From Promethearchaeota archaeon (lineage in GTDB: Archaea; Asgardarchaeota; Lokiarchaeia; Sigyniarchaeales; SOKP01): 21,184 bases of DNA. The stretch lies in NCBI GenBank assembly GCA_016926735.1, contig JAFGOA010000126.1:1-21184 (forward strand), read 5' to 3'. The position numbers and the translations under genes are program-made. Positions 8,756 through 18,791 of the stretch are shown one piece after another. The notes beneath the pieces were generated by a model, which was given only the letters and a program-made list of their open reading frames with translations, ran no database searches and was not told where the DNA came from. The first letter of the stretch is position 1, and each line of letters begins with the position of its first letter.

Positions 8756-8814
8756 GCCTATGATGAAATTCAATTTAAATGAAGATAGATGAAATAATTG
8801 AGGAAGTCTGAGGC
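8756..8814 (+). ncRNA. box C/D guide sRNA
   Basis: Terminal stem GCC (8756-58)/GGC (8812-14). Box C ATGATGA (8760-66), D' ATGA (8779-82), C' TAGATGA (8786-92) and box D CTGA (8808-11). 59 nt long with guides of 12 and 15 nt. Confidence 0.8.
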
Positions 8815-8974
8815 ATTTATTATCAATCGATTATTTTTAATTATAATTAAAAATGTTATATGACTACTTGAATAACACTATAACATTAAATCCAAAAAAC
8901 ACATATTTTATAAATAATTAAAATACAATAAAATATAGTTTATTATTAAAAAAAAAAGTAAAATTGATGTTTAA

Positions 8975-9451
8975 TTGACAGATAAATTAATATCTAAAGT
9001 TGTTGAAGTAGATTGTGATAAAGATAAGTTATTTGAAGCCATTTATAATCCAGAAATATGGGAGAAAATAAGTCCCGTAAAAAAAATTAAAATAGAATTC
9101 ATCGGTCCCAATGTATTTCATAGTGAAATGGTCGATGAAATTGATATACTCAAAATCCCTATTGAAATGAGTGGAGATTTAGTATTAGAAGATAAAGGAG
9201 AAGTACCCGACAAAGGAAGACTAATAGAGTTAAATGTAAGAAATAATGATAATGTAAAAAAATTAGAAGGAAGAATTAGACTTAAATCAATCGATGCAAA
9301 TAAAACTAAAGTTGGAGTATTTGTTCATAATTTCGCTCTAGCAAGTAATTTTTTAAATATAATGGGGGATGCTGGTGAACTCGTATTACGACGGAAAATA
9401 TCAGAACTATTACGAAATTTACAATCTTATTGTAAATCAAATGAATTATAG
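8975..9451 (+). CDS. SRPBCC/START-like (CoxG-type) ligand-binding protein
   Basis: V-x-V-x-C-x4-LFEAIYNPEIWEKISPVK N-terminus, beta-rich core and long C-terminal helix, consistent with the helix-grip pattern. TTG start. Confidence 0.65.
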   Translation: MTDKLISKVVEVDCDKDKLFEAIYNPEIWEKISPVKKIKIEFIGPNVFHSEMVDEIDILKIPIEMSGDLVLEDKGEVPDKGRLIELNVRNNDNVKKLEGRIRLKSIDANKTKVGVFVHNFALASNFLNIMGDAGELVLRRKISELLRNLQSYCKSNEL

Positions 9452-9540
9452 AATTCATTATGAGCATAAATTATAATAAATATAATATTTTTTAACATAT
9501 CATTCTTTTTTAGTATAAGAAATAATATAAATAATTTAAT

Positions 9541-10386
9541 ATGAATATTTGGATATTAAATAGCGAAAGTGGAGTCACATTAGTATATCAAGCTTATCAA
9601 GAGTTAATGGCTAATGAGGACTTAGTCTCAGGATTACTTACTGCTCTAAATCATTTTACTGTTTTTGAATTTAAGGAAGGTATTGAAAGTATTGAGATGG
9701 GAGGATTAAGATGGGTATATCTTGAAGAAAAAGAAGGAAATCTCCTTTTTGTTGCAGCAGATAATAAGGATGTAAGTGCAGAAATATTAAGAGCACGTTT
9801 AAATATCATTAAGCAATCTTTTATACATGAATTTGTTAAAAATAACGATTTTGCTAGATTTTTAAAAGAAGAATGGAATGGAAACATTTCTAAATTTTAC
9901 CCCTTTAAGAAAATAATAGATGAATATTATCATCAATGGAAGGAAGCGGAAACTATTACTACAATCGCAGAATTTTTTGATATTTTAGGAATCTTCCAAC
10001 AGATCTTAAATATGTTGATTAATATTCTTTTAAGTTTAAAAGATAAAGAACTAATTTATACGGAATTAGAAGAAATGTTCAATAAATTAAAAAAAGATCC
10101 TAATTTTTTTGAAGATAAAGAGCTCCAAAAAATTAGCTTTTCAAGAGATTCAGGATTTAATATTATTAATATTAATCCGAGTGGGTGTGATATGATGGTT
10201 GTAGAGAGATCTCTTATTTCTTTAATTAAAAATGTAATAAAAATATTAAAAAATCGTTTTGGGCCTAAATTAACTTTATATTATTTCAAAACTGAAAATA
10301 TTTTTAGTTATCTTATTAGTAATCTAATACTCTTGAAAGAATTGAATTTAGATAAATTTCTCTTATCATTATTCTTGTTAGAGTAA
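9541..10386 (+). CDS. longin-like domain protein with a helical C-terminal extension
   Basis: IWILNSESGVTL...LVSGLLTALNHF...IESIEMGG...LLFVAA...RLNIIKQSF matches the beta-beta-alpha-beta-beta-beta-alpha longin pattern common in Asgard genomes. Confidence 0.75.
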   Translation: MNIWILNSESGVTLVYQAYQELMANEDLVSGLLTALNHFTVFEFKEGIESIEMGGLRWVYLEEKEGNLLFVAADNKDVSAEILRARLNIIKQSFIHEFVKNNDFARFLKEEWNGNISKFYPFKKIIDEYYHQWKEAETITTIAEFFDILGIFQQILNMLINILLSLKDKELIYTELEEMFNKLKKDPNFFEDKELQKISFSRDSGFNIININPSGCDMMVVERSLISLIKNVIKILKNRFGPKLTLYYFKTENIFSYLISNLILLKELNLDKFLLSLFLLE

Positions 10387-10465
10387 AAATTGATTTTTAG
10401 AATCATTTTAAAAGTAGTGATGAAGTTAAAAATTGTATATTTTCTTGATTTTTTCAATCTATATA

Positions 10466-11797
10466 TCAAGCAATAAACATAGTGATGAGAGTAAGGACTG
10501 TGGTATATACTATAGAAAGACCGACATGGATAAGGGCAAATAATGCTCCATTTTTCGCAAGTCTCTTATAATTCAGATTCTCTACACCTGAATCTTTAGC
10601 AATTTTCAGTGTCATCATGTCACAAGCTGCTCCTTGAACCAAGAAATTTCCTCCTAAATTAATACCAATAATAAACGCAAATAATAATGGTGTTTCATAT
10701 GCACCAAGACCAAATCCTCCAGGTTCAGGAGCAAGAAGAAGACCTATTATTTCAATAAAAATTAATGCTGTTGGTGTATTTGCTACTGCACCACTAATAC
10801 CGCTCACCATTAGAAGAACAATAATTGCTAATACTAAGGGACTTAAGGTATTAAAAGGAATATATCGGAACAAATCTTGAAACCCTGCTTCTAGTAGACA
10901 TCCCACAACGACATAAAGTGATATGAAAAAGAATATAATTTCCCATTCTACAACGCGTAAAAGTTGGCTCATATTTTTTTTTGTGAATCCTTTATTTGCA
11001 ATAACCATTATCATTGCAGCTAATATTGCAGTTAAGTATAAATTAGGGAGAATTGCAAAACAAGCAATAGTAACAATTATTCCAATTCCATTAAAATAAA
11101 ACATTTTTTTATTTTTTATCATAACATCGCTATCAATTAATTCTATAACGAACTTTTTTTGTAATTCTTCTATCATTGGTTCTTTTCGAAGATAAAAACG
11201 ATCAATAAGATATATTGTTAGAAATAATAAAAAGAAAGAGAATATCCAATAATTTTGAATAAAATAAAGAGTATCCAACTTAAAAGCTGTTGATATCATA
11301 ATATTTTCTCCACTAGAAAATGGAGTAATAATTGAACCTATATTTATACAAATGGTCATACCCATCAAATATGTTCCAGCTCTTATTTTTAAAAAGTGAC
11401 ATAAGCGAATTACTACGGGAGCAATAATAAGTACTACAACAACATCAGAAATAATTGCTGCAAGTAATGTTGTGATAATACAAATTAAATAGAAGAAAAC
11501 TCGTTGATTACCTTTTGAAAATTTAAAAAGTTGAACAGCAATATATTCTAATAAGTTTGAATCTTCTGCAATTTTAGTGATAATACTCATACTAAAGACT
11601 ATTATAATAACTTCCCATTCTATATAATTTCCAACAAAAGTAGTTATACTTAAGTTAAGAGTAATACCCGCAATAGTGGCACAAATAAAACAACATATTA
11701 ATGAAATTGCAACAAAATCTAGTTTTTCAATTGTATAACTTACTATAATAAATCCAAAAAACAAAAAACTAATGACTAAAATTGCTGTATTAATCAT
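10466..11797 (-). CDS. ArsB/NhaD/CitMHS (IT superfamily) permease, P-protein-like
   Basis: About 11-12 TM segments with two repeated halves: IEWEVI / VEWEIIFFFISLYVVV, INIGSIITPFSSGEN / INLGGNFLVQGAAC, and SGAVANTP. Confidence 0.85.
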   Translation of the reverse strand: MINTAILVISFLFFGFIIVSYTIEKLDFVAISLICCFICATIAGITLNLSITTFVGNYIEWEVIIIVFSMSIITKIAEDSNLLEYIAVQLFKFSKGNQRVFFYLICIITTLLAAIISDVVVVLIIAPVVIRLCHFLKIRAGTYLMGMTICINIGSIITPFSSGENIMISTAFKLDTLYFIQNYWIFSFFLLFLTIYLIDRFYLRKEPMIEELQKKFVIELIDSDVMIKNKKMFYFNGIGIIVTIACFAILPNLYLTAILAAMIMVIANKGFTKKNMSQLLRVVEWEIIFFFISLYVVVGCLLEAGFQDLFRYIPFNTLSPLVLAIIVLLMVSGISGAVANTPTALIFIEIIGLLLAPEPGGFGLGAYETPLLFAFIIGINLGGNFLVQGAACDMMTLKIAKDSGVENLNYKRLAKNGALFALIHVGLSIVYTTVLTLITMFIA

Positions 11798-12038
11798 TTC
11801 ATAACATTTTCTTATTATTATTTTACTTATGAAATTTAATAAATAACTTGTAATAAATATAATGCCTTATTGTTAATGTTAAAAATTCCGAATATTAAAT
11901 AACTTTCCTTTAAAAAAAAGCGTCTATAATAAATAATAACAATCTAAATAAATAGATAATAGAGAATCGTTATGTTTTTTAACTTATTTATAAATATCTA
12001 AAAATTAAATAGATTTTATAATAAAAACTTTTAATATT

Positions 12039-13241
12039 TTAAGATTTACTGACTGAACTCCATTTCGTTTTTAAATTAGGTTCTTGAATCGTATCCATTA
12101 TATATTTTGCTAATTGCTCTCCAGTACCACCATTATCTCTTCCTGTAAGAATAACTTTCTTCTCATAAATTCCACAAATATCCAAAGCCATTTCAAGGGT
12201 TTTAGCTCTTTCTTGATATCCAATATGATCAACCAACATAACAGCCGCTCTTAACATGCTCATAGGATCAGCATATTTGCCTCTACCTTCATCAACCATC
12301 CTTGGAGCAGAACCATGGATGGCTTCGAACATGGCATATCTTTTGCCGATATTGGCACTTCCAGCAGTACCTACACCACCTTGCATTTGAGCTGCCTCAT
12401 CTGTAATTATATCTCCGTATAAATTAGGAGCAACAATAACTTTAAATTGGTTTTGTCTTGCTGGATCAATTAATTTTGCAGTCATTATATCAATATACCA
12501 ATCATCCCATTGAATTTCTGGATAATCTTTTGATACCGACTCTGCTATTGCTAAGAACTTGCCATCTGTAGATTTAATAACATTGGCTTTTGTAACAATA
12601 GTAACTTTATCTATATTATTTCGCTTTGCATATTCAAAAGCCATTTTTATAATTCTTTCTGATCCTTGAGAGGTTATAACTTTAAAATCAATAGCTAAAT
12701 TTTCAGAGATAACAATACCCTTTGAGCCAAGAATATATGCTCCTTCTGTATTTTCTCTAAAAAATATCCAATTAATATTTTTATTGGGTACCTTTACAGG
12801 ACGAACATTTGCAAATAGATCTAATTCTCTTCTCATAGCAACATTTGCACTCTCTATATTTGGCCATTTATCGCCCTTTCTAGGAGTTGTTGTAGGTCCT
12901 TTCAATAGAACATGACATTCTTTTATCTCTTTTAATACATCATCTGGTATTGCCTTATTCTGTCTTGCACGATTTTCAATCGTTAAACCATTAATTTCTT
13001 TTAGTAGAATTTTCCCTTTTTTAATCTCATCTTTAAGAATAAATTCTAAGATTGATTTAGCATGTTTTGATATCTCTGGACCGATACCATCTCCTCCAAT
13101 GATTCCAATAATAATAGGATTCAATGAAGTATAATCAATCCAATCATCTCCTTTTTTCATTTGTTCGATTCTTTTAAGCTGGTCTCTAATGATTGATTCA
13201 AAATGATCTTTAGATTTTATAATTTCATCTTCCAATGTCAT
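12039..13241 (-). CDS. icd: isocitrate/isopropylmalate dehydrogenase family, probably isocitrate dehydrogenase
   Basis: GDGIGPEI, LKGPTTTP, S-A-N-V-A-M-R (the S-x-N-x3-R isocitrate-binding signature), RENTEG, KANV, PNLYGDIITD and FEAIHGSAP. Confidence 0.82.
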   Translation of the reverse strand: MTLEDEIIKSKDHFESIIRDQLKRIEQMKKGDDWIDYTSLNPIIIGIIGGDGIGPEISKHAKSILEFILKDEIKKGKILLKEINGLTIENRARQNKAIPDDVLKEIKECHVLLKGPTTTPRKGDKWPNIESANVAMRRELDLFANVRPVKVPNKNINWIFFRENTEGAYILGSKGIVISENLAIDFKVITSQGSERIIKMAFEYAKRNNIDKVTIVTKANVIKSTDGKFLAIAESVSKDYPEIQWDDWYIDIMTAKLIDPARQNQFKVIVAPNLYGDIITDEAAQMQGGVGTAGSANIGKRYAMFEAIHGSAPRMVDEGRGKYADPMSMLRAAVMLVDHIGYQERAKTLEMALDICGIYEKKVILTGRDNGGTGEQLAKYIMDTIQEPNLKTKWSSVSKS

Positions 13242-13508
13242 AATTCTACAAATTTATAAAACAAAATAAAATTATTTGTCTAAAAAGTACTATTCTAGGT
13301 TTTAAAAAAGAAGCTAAAAAATATAACAAAAAAATGATTTTGAGAAGTCAACCAAATTCAAAGATTAGCTAAATATTTGTTTTTTTTATATTTATATGAT
13401 ATCAATTATTTTATAAACACTAGTTACAGCAACGTAGCGAACAAAATTACATTTTTTTTGTTTTATTTGACTTATTAAATCTAATGTAAATTATTAGATA
13501 ATTTGTAT

Positions 13509-13551
13509 TATGAGCATTTCATGAATAAAGATCGTGAAACGTATCAATATT
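13509..13551. repeat. 43-bp imperfect direct repeat, copy 1
   Basis: TATGAGCATTTCATGAATAAAGATCGTGAAACGTATCAATATT; 35/43 identical to 14200-14242, with a 21/22 identical core. Confidence 0.8.
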
Positions 13552-13600
13552 TTATATATTAAAGATTTAAAAAATGATCTCAGCTCTTTCTCGAGATATC

Positions 13601-14104
13601 TTATTTTAATTTATTATTATCGATTATAAATTTTCTGAGAAATCTTTCATCTTTTTTTTTTCCTATAAAATAGAGCAGAAAAATAATCGTTATAGGTATA
13701 GTTATAACCCATAAAAGAATCAACATTACAATATAGTTAACATCATTTATCTCAGATATACCCTTATCTACTAAAGTTCTATACACAATAAATAAGGGAA
13801 TAGCTAATATGAATAGAAAAATTAATAATAATAAAATAAAATATATTTTTCTATTTGTATTCTCCATTAAAAAATCATATGAGTGACTTTTTGTAATATT
13901 TTCACAGTATCTAATTTTTATTCTATGATTATCATATTTTTCACCGATAATATATGTATTATCATTAATATCCCCTAGGGGTTCTTCTCTATCGTTAAAA
14001 CAACGATAAATCCTATGATTATTATCTTCAACAAAAATTGCTGTTTTATATTGATTTGTATAATTAATGATTTTTCCTTTGATAATAACAATTTTTCGAA
14101 TTAT
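13601..14104 (-). CDS. hypothetical protein with a beta-rich N-domain and two TM helices; start codon abnormal (ATA start or 5' frameshift/pseudogene)
   Basis: The 88-aa ORF (13601-13867) stays open for 79 more codons upstream (IIRKIVIIKGKIINYTNQYKTAIFVEDNNHRIYRCF...) as far as ATG-AGT-TGA-TGA at 14116-14105. Confidence 0.55.
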   Translation of the reverse strand: MIRKIVIIKGKIINYTNQYKTAIFVEDNNHRIYRCFNDREEPLGDINDNTYIIGEKYDNHRIKIRYCENITKSHSYDFLMENTNRKIYFILLLLIFLFILAIPLFIVYRTLVDKGISEINDVNYIVMLILLWVITIPITIIFLLYFIGKKKDERFLRKFIIDNNKLK

Positions 14105-14199
14105 TCATCAACTCATAATTAGCTCTAATAATAGAAATATTAAAAATCATCCAATATAAAACAAACACGACTAAAATTCTATATTTTAGTTTTTCAATT

Positions 14200-14242
14200 T
14201 ATGAAGATATCATGAATAAAGATCGTAAAACAACTTAATATT
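14200..14242. repeat. 43-bp imperfect direct repeat, copy 2
   Basis: TATGAAGATATCATGAATAAAGATCGTAAAACAACTTAATATT, 691 bp from copy 1. Confidence 0.8.
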
Positions 14243-14256
14243 AAAACATAAATAAT

Positions 14257-14439
14257 TCAAAATAAAATCAATATCATAAAAATTAATAAAATAAAAAGAA
14301 ATAAAACCACTATTACACCATTATAAACTAATTTTATTTCATGATTATTATAATATAAATAATTAAAAAATAAAAATCCTAACTCAAATGATATTATTAT
14401 AGCTCTAACTTTAAAATTACCAATAGAATACCACATCAT
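14257..14439 (-). CDS. small hydrophobic ORF or membrane-gene remnant
   Basis: 60 aa with two hydrophobic stretches. Could be a chance product of T-rich sequence. Confidence 0.3.
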   Translation of the reverse strand: MMWYSIGNFKVRAIIISFELGFLFFNYLYYNNHEIKLVYNGVIVVLFLFILLIFMILILF

Positions 14440-14509
14440 TTAAGCTGTAATAATTTTTGATATTAAAAAAAAAGATTAAAAAAGATTATATAATATTCAA
14501 AAAAAGGGA

Positions 14510-15868
<1,359 letters not shown>

Positions 15869-16118
15869 TTATTTTAAATTTAAAATAGCTTATTAAATAA
15901 ATATATTATAAATATTAGTTAAACAAGATTAAATTATTTTAAGAATATAGTGAATATATCTAATATAACTTATATAATTCCTGAACAATTTTAATTTTTC
16001 AAAGAAAAATTCAACATATTGTATATTATTTCTTATTAAAACTACATTAAATTCAAATTATATTCATAAAATCATAATTTTCTCTTTTTACTCTTTTTAA
16101 TAATAATTCGAGGAAAAT

Positions 16119-16137
16119 TAACTTAAATAATAAGTTA
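16119..16137. promoter_or_regulatory. inverted repeat TAACTTA-N5-TAAGTTA, possible operator
   Basis: Perfect 7-bp arms ending 33 bp upstream of ATG 16171, overlapping a TATA-like TTAAATA in the divergent gdhA intergenic region. The AT-rich background lowers its significance. Confidence 0.3.
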
Positions 16138-16170
16138 TGTGTATTATTATTTAATAAAAAATCAATAAAT

Positions 16171-18780
16171 ATGTCAAATCATAATTTTTTTAGTACGGGA
16201 ATAGCAGGATTAGATACTATCCTTCATGGAATATTTCCTGGAGATAATATTGTTTTTCAAATAGATTCGATTGATCAATTTATCCCATTTGTCCATGCTT
16301 TTTGTAAAGAAAATAATTTTCAGAATCGAAAATTAGTATATTTTAGATTTGCGAATCATATTTCACTTTTACCCGAAAATATTAAAGCTGATATTTTTGA
16401 AGTTCATCCTGAAAAGGGTTTTGAGCATTTTATCGATGATATATTTACTGTTATTGAAAAATATGGAAAGTGGTCTGCTTATGTATTTGATTCTCTAAGT
16501 GATTTAGCGGTAGATTGGTATAGTGATGAAATGGTTGCAAATTTTTTTATGCTTACATGTCCCTATCTTTTTGATTTTGATACAGAAACATATTTTGCCC
16601 TCATTAGAAATAGACATAGTGAAGATACTATATCGAGAATCCATAAAACAGCTCAAATCATAATTGATGTTTATAAAAAAAATGAAAACTATTATATTCA
16701 TCCAATTAAAGTATGGAAAAGACATTCAAGAACAATGTATATGCTTCATGTTTGGAAAGATGAAAAATTTGTTCCAATATTAAAAAGTTCAAAAACATCA
16801 GAAATATTAACTGAATATAACTTACAATGGGGTGATTTTACTACTAAGCCCCAAGATATATGGGCTAAGACATTTAATAAAGCTTATCATATCTACAATA
16901 AATCTTATAATAGTTCAATTAAAAATGAAGATATCATACTTTTAAAAGAAAAAATTATAAGAATGGCAATAACACAAGATCCTAAATTGTCATTTCTTGC
17001 TAAAGAATTTTTTAATATAGAAGATTTGATTAATATTGGTAAAAGAATGATTGGAACTGGTTTAATTGGAGGAAAATCATTAGGAATGTTATTAGCGCAA
17101 TCTATTTTAAAAAAGAATGATCCTAATTGGAATAATAAATTAGAACAGCATGATTCTTTTTTTATAGGCTCAGATGTCTTTTATACTTATCTAGTTATTA
17201 ATAATTGCTGGTGGATTAGATATAAGATTAGAAAGAAAAAAGATTTTAGTGACTATGCAGTAAAAGCAAGAAATATTTTAGAAAAAGGTGATTTTCCAGA
17301 GGATATTATTAAACAATTTAGAAAAATATTAAATTATTATGGTCAATCTCCTATTATAGTAAGAAGTAGTAGTTTATTAGAAGATGCATATGGAAATGCA
17401 TTTTCTGGAAAATATGAAAGTATTTTTCTCCCAAATCAAGGTACACCAGATGAGAGACTGTATGAGTTTATAAATGCTGTAAGAAAAGTATATAAAAGTA
17501 CATTAAGTGAAGAAGCCTTATTTTATCGTCTAAATCGAAATTTATTAGATAAAGATGAACAAATGGCTCTTTTAGTTCAAAGAGTCTCCGGTTCACTTTA
17601 TGGAAACCTTTTTTTTCCTCAATTGGCGGGTGTTGGTTACTCTTATAATCCTTTTGTGTGGAATAAAGAAATAATACCTGAAGATGGTTTAATAAGATTG
17701 GTATTTGGATTAGGGACCCGAGCTGTAGAACGATTTGATGATGATTACACTCGAATCGTTGCTTTAGGTGCCTCAAATAGAAGGCCAGAAACTAGTGTAT
17801 TAGAAACTCAAAAATACAATCAACGTAAGGTTGATGTAATAGATTTGGAAAATAATGAATTTCTTACAAAATATTTTGATGATATTGTTCTAAATTCCCC
17901 AAAGTTGCCTATAGAACTTTTTGGAACTCGTGATTTTAGTATTGAACAAAAATTTAAAGAATTAGGAAAAATAAGATCATATTACTATCTTGATTTAGAT
18001 AAAATAATCTTAAAAACACCATTAATAAAAGATATTTATAATATTCTGCAAACTTTATCAAAAATATACAAATATCCTATAGACATAGAATTTGCAATTA
18101 ATTTCACAAAAAAAAGTGATTACAAAATATATATTCTTCAATGTCGTCCATTTCAAATTAAAAATGAAAATGAAATAATAGAAGAGCCTCAAAATATAAA
18201 GTATGAAGATATTATTTTTAAAACTAATGGACCGATTATAGGTAAAGGAATGTCAACAAAAGTTGATATACTTATATATGTTGTACCAGAGTTATATGGA
18301 AAATTACCAAACCAACAAAGAAGCCTTATTGCTAGATTAATTGGTAGAATAAATCAAAAATTAGTTAAAACGGAAGATAAAATAATATTATTAGCTGGTC
18401 CGGGTCGATGGGCGACATCTAGTCCATCTCTCGGAATTCCTGTTACCTTTTATGAAATAAATAAAATATCAATCATTTGCGAGATTGCAGAAATGCATGA
18501 AAATTTAACTCCAGATGCTTCATTAGGGACTCACTTTTTTAATGATCTTGTTGAAAATAATATGCTTTATCTATCTATAAATCCTAAAAACCAAGGATCA
18601 ATATTGAACAAAGAAAAATTAAATAATATGGATAACTGTTTAGATAAAATCCTACCTGAGGCTGTAAAATATAAAGATATAATTAAAATTATTGAATATA
18701 ATGAAGAATCTAATCAAAAAAAAATGAAAATATATTCAGACACTATAAATCAAACCGCAATATTATATTCAGATTATTAA
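16171..18780 (+). CDS. PEP/pyruvate-binding (PPDK_N ATP-grasp) domain protein with an N-terminal degenerate KaiC/RecA-like domain
   Basis: N-terminus STGIAGLDTILHGIFPGDN and YVFDSLS. ATP-grasp motifs IGGKSLGM, IIVRSSSLLED-x4-AFSGKYES, MALLVQ, GLGTRAV, DIEFA and ILQCRP. C-terminus GPGRW and SLGTHFF. No PEP-binding TIM barrel. Confidence 0.85.
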   Translation: MSNHNFFSTGIAGLDTILHGIFPGDNIVFQIDSIDQFIPFVHAFCKENNFQNRKLVYFRFANHISLLPENIKADIFEVHPEKGFEHFIDDIFTVIEKYGKWSAYVFDSLSDLAVDWYSDEMVANFFMLTCPYLFDFDTETYFALIRNRHSEDTISRIHKTAQIIIDVYKKNENYYIHPIKVWKRHSRTMYMLHVWKDEKFVPILKSSKTSEILTEYNLQWGDFTTKPQDIWAKTFNKAYHIYNKSYNSSIKNEDIILLKEKIIRMAITQDPKLSFLAKEFFNIEDLINIGKRMIGTGLIGGKSLGMLLAQSILKKNDPNWNNKLEQHDSFFIGSDVFYTYLVINNCWWIRYKIRKKKDFSDYAVKARNILEKGDFPEDIIKQFRKILNYYGQSPIIVRSSSLLEDAYGNAFSGKYESIFLPNQGTPDERLYEFINAVRKVYKSTLSEEALFYRLNRNLLDKDEQMALLVQRVSGSLYGNLFFPQLAGVGYSYNPFVWNKEIIPEDGLIRLVFGLGTRAVERFDDDYTRIVALGASNRRPETSVLETQKYNQRKVDVIDLENNEFLTKYFDDIVLNSPKLPIELFGTRDFSIEQKFKELGKIRSYYYLDLDKIILKTPLIKDIYNILQTLSKIYKYPIDIEFAINFTKKSDYKIYILQCRPFQIKNENEIIEEPQNIKYEDIIFKTNGPIIGKGMSTKVDILIYVVPELYGKLPNQQRSLIARLIGRINQKLVKTEDKIILLAGPGRWATSSPSLGIPVTFYEINKISIICEIAEMHENLTPDASLGTHFFNDLVENNMLYLSINPKNQGSILNKEKLNNMDNCLDKILPEAVKYKDIIKIIEYNEESNQKKMKIYSDTINQTAILYSDY

Positions 18781-18791
18781 TAAAAGAGATC

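Noticed and set aside
8073-13291. Shared 12-mer CTAAAAAGTACT at 8073-8084 and 13280-13291
   Set aside because: Short, AT-rich and at different distances from the downstream starts; not distinguishable from chance.
14105-14110. Tandem selenocysteines (M-S-U-U)
   Set aside because: No redox-motif context and no convincing SECIS; an alternative start or a frameshift is simpler.
13509-14242. CRISPR array, integron attC or dif sites
   Set aside because: Only two copies 691 bp apart, with no cas or integrase gene and no attC core or dif-like symmetric TAA-N6-TTA arrangement.
16171-18780. PEP synthase (ppsA) or circadian KaiC call
   Set aside because: There is no PEP-binding barrel or canonical TSH swivel motif, and the KaiC-like part has no Walker A.
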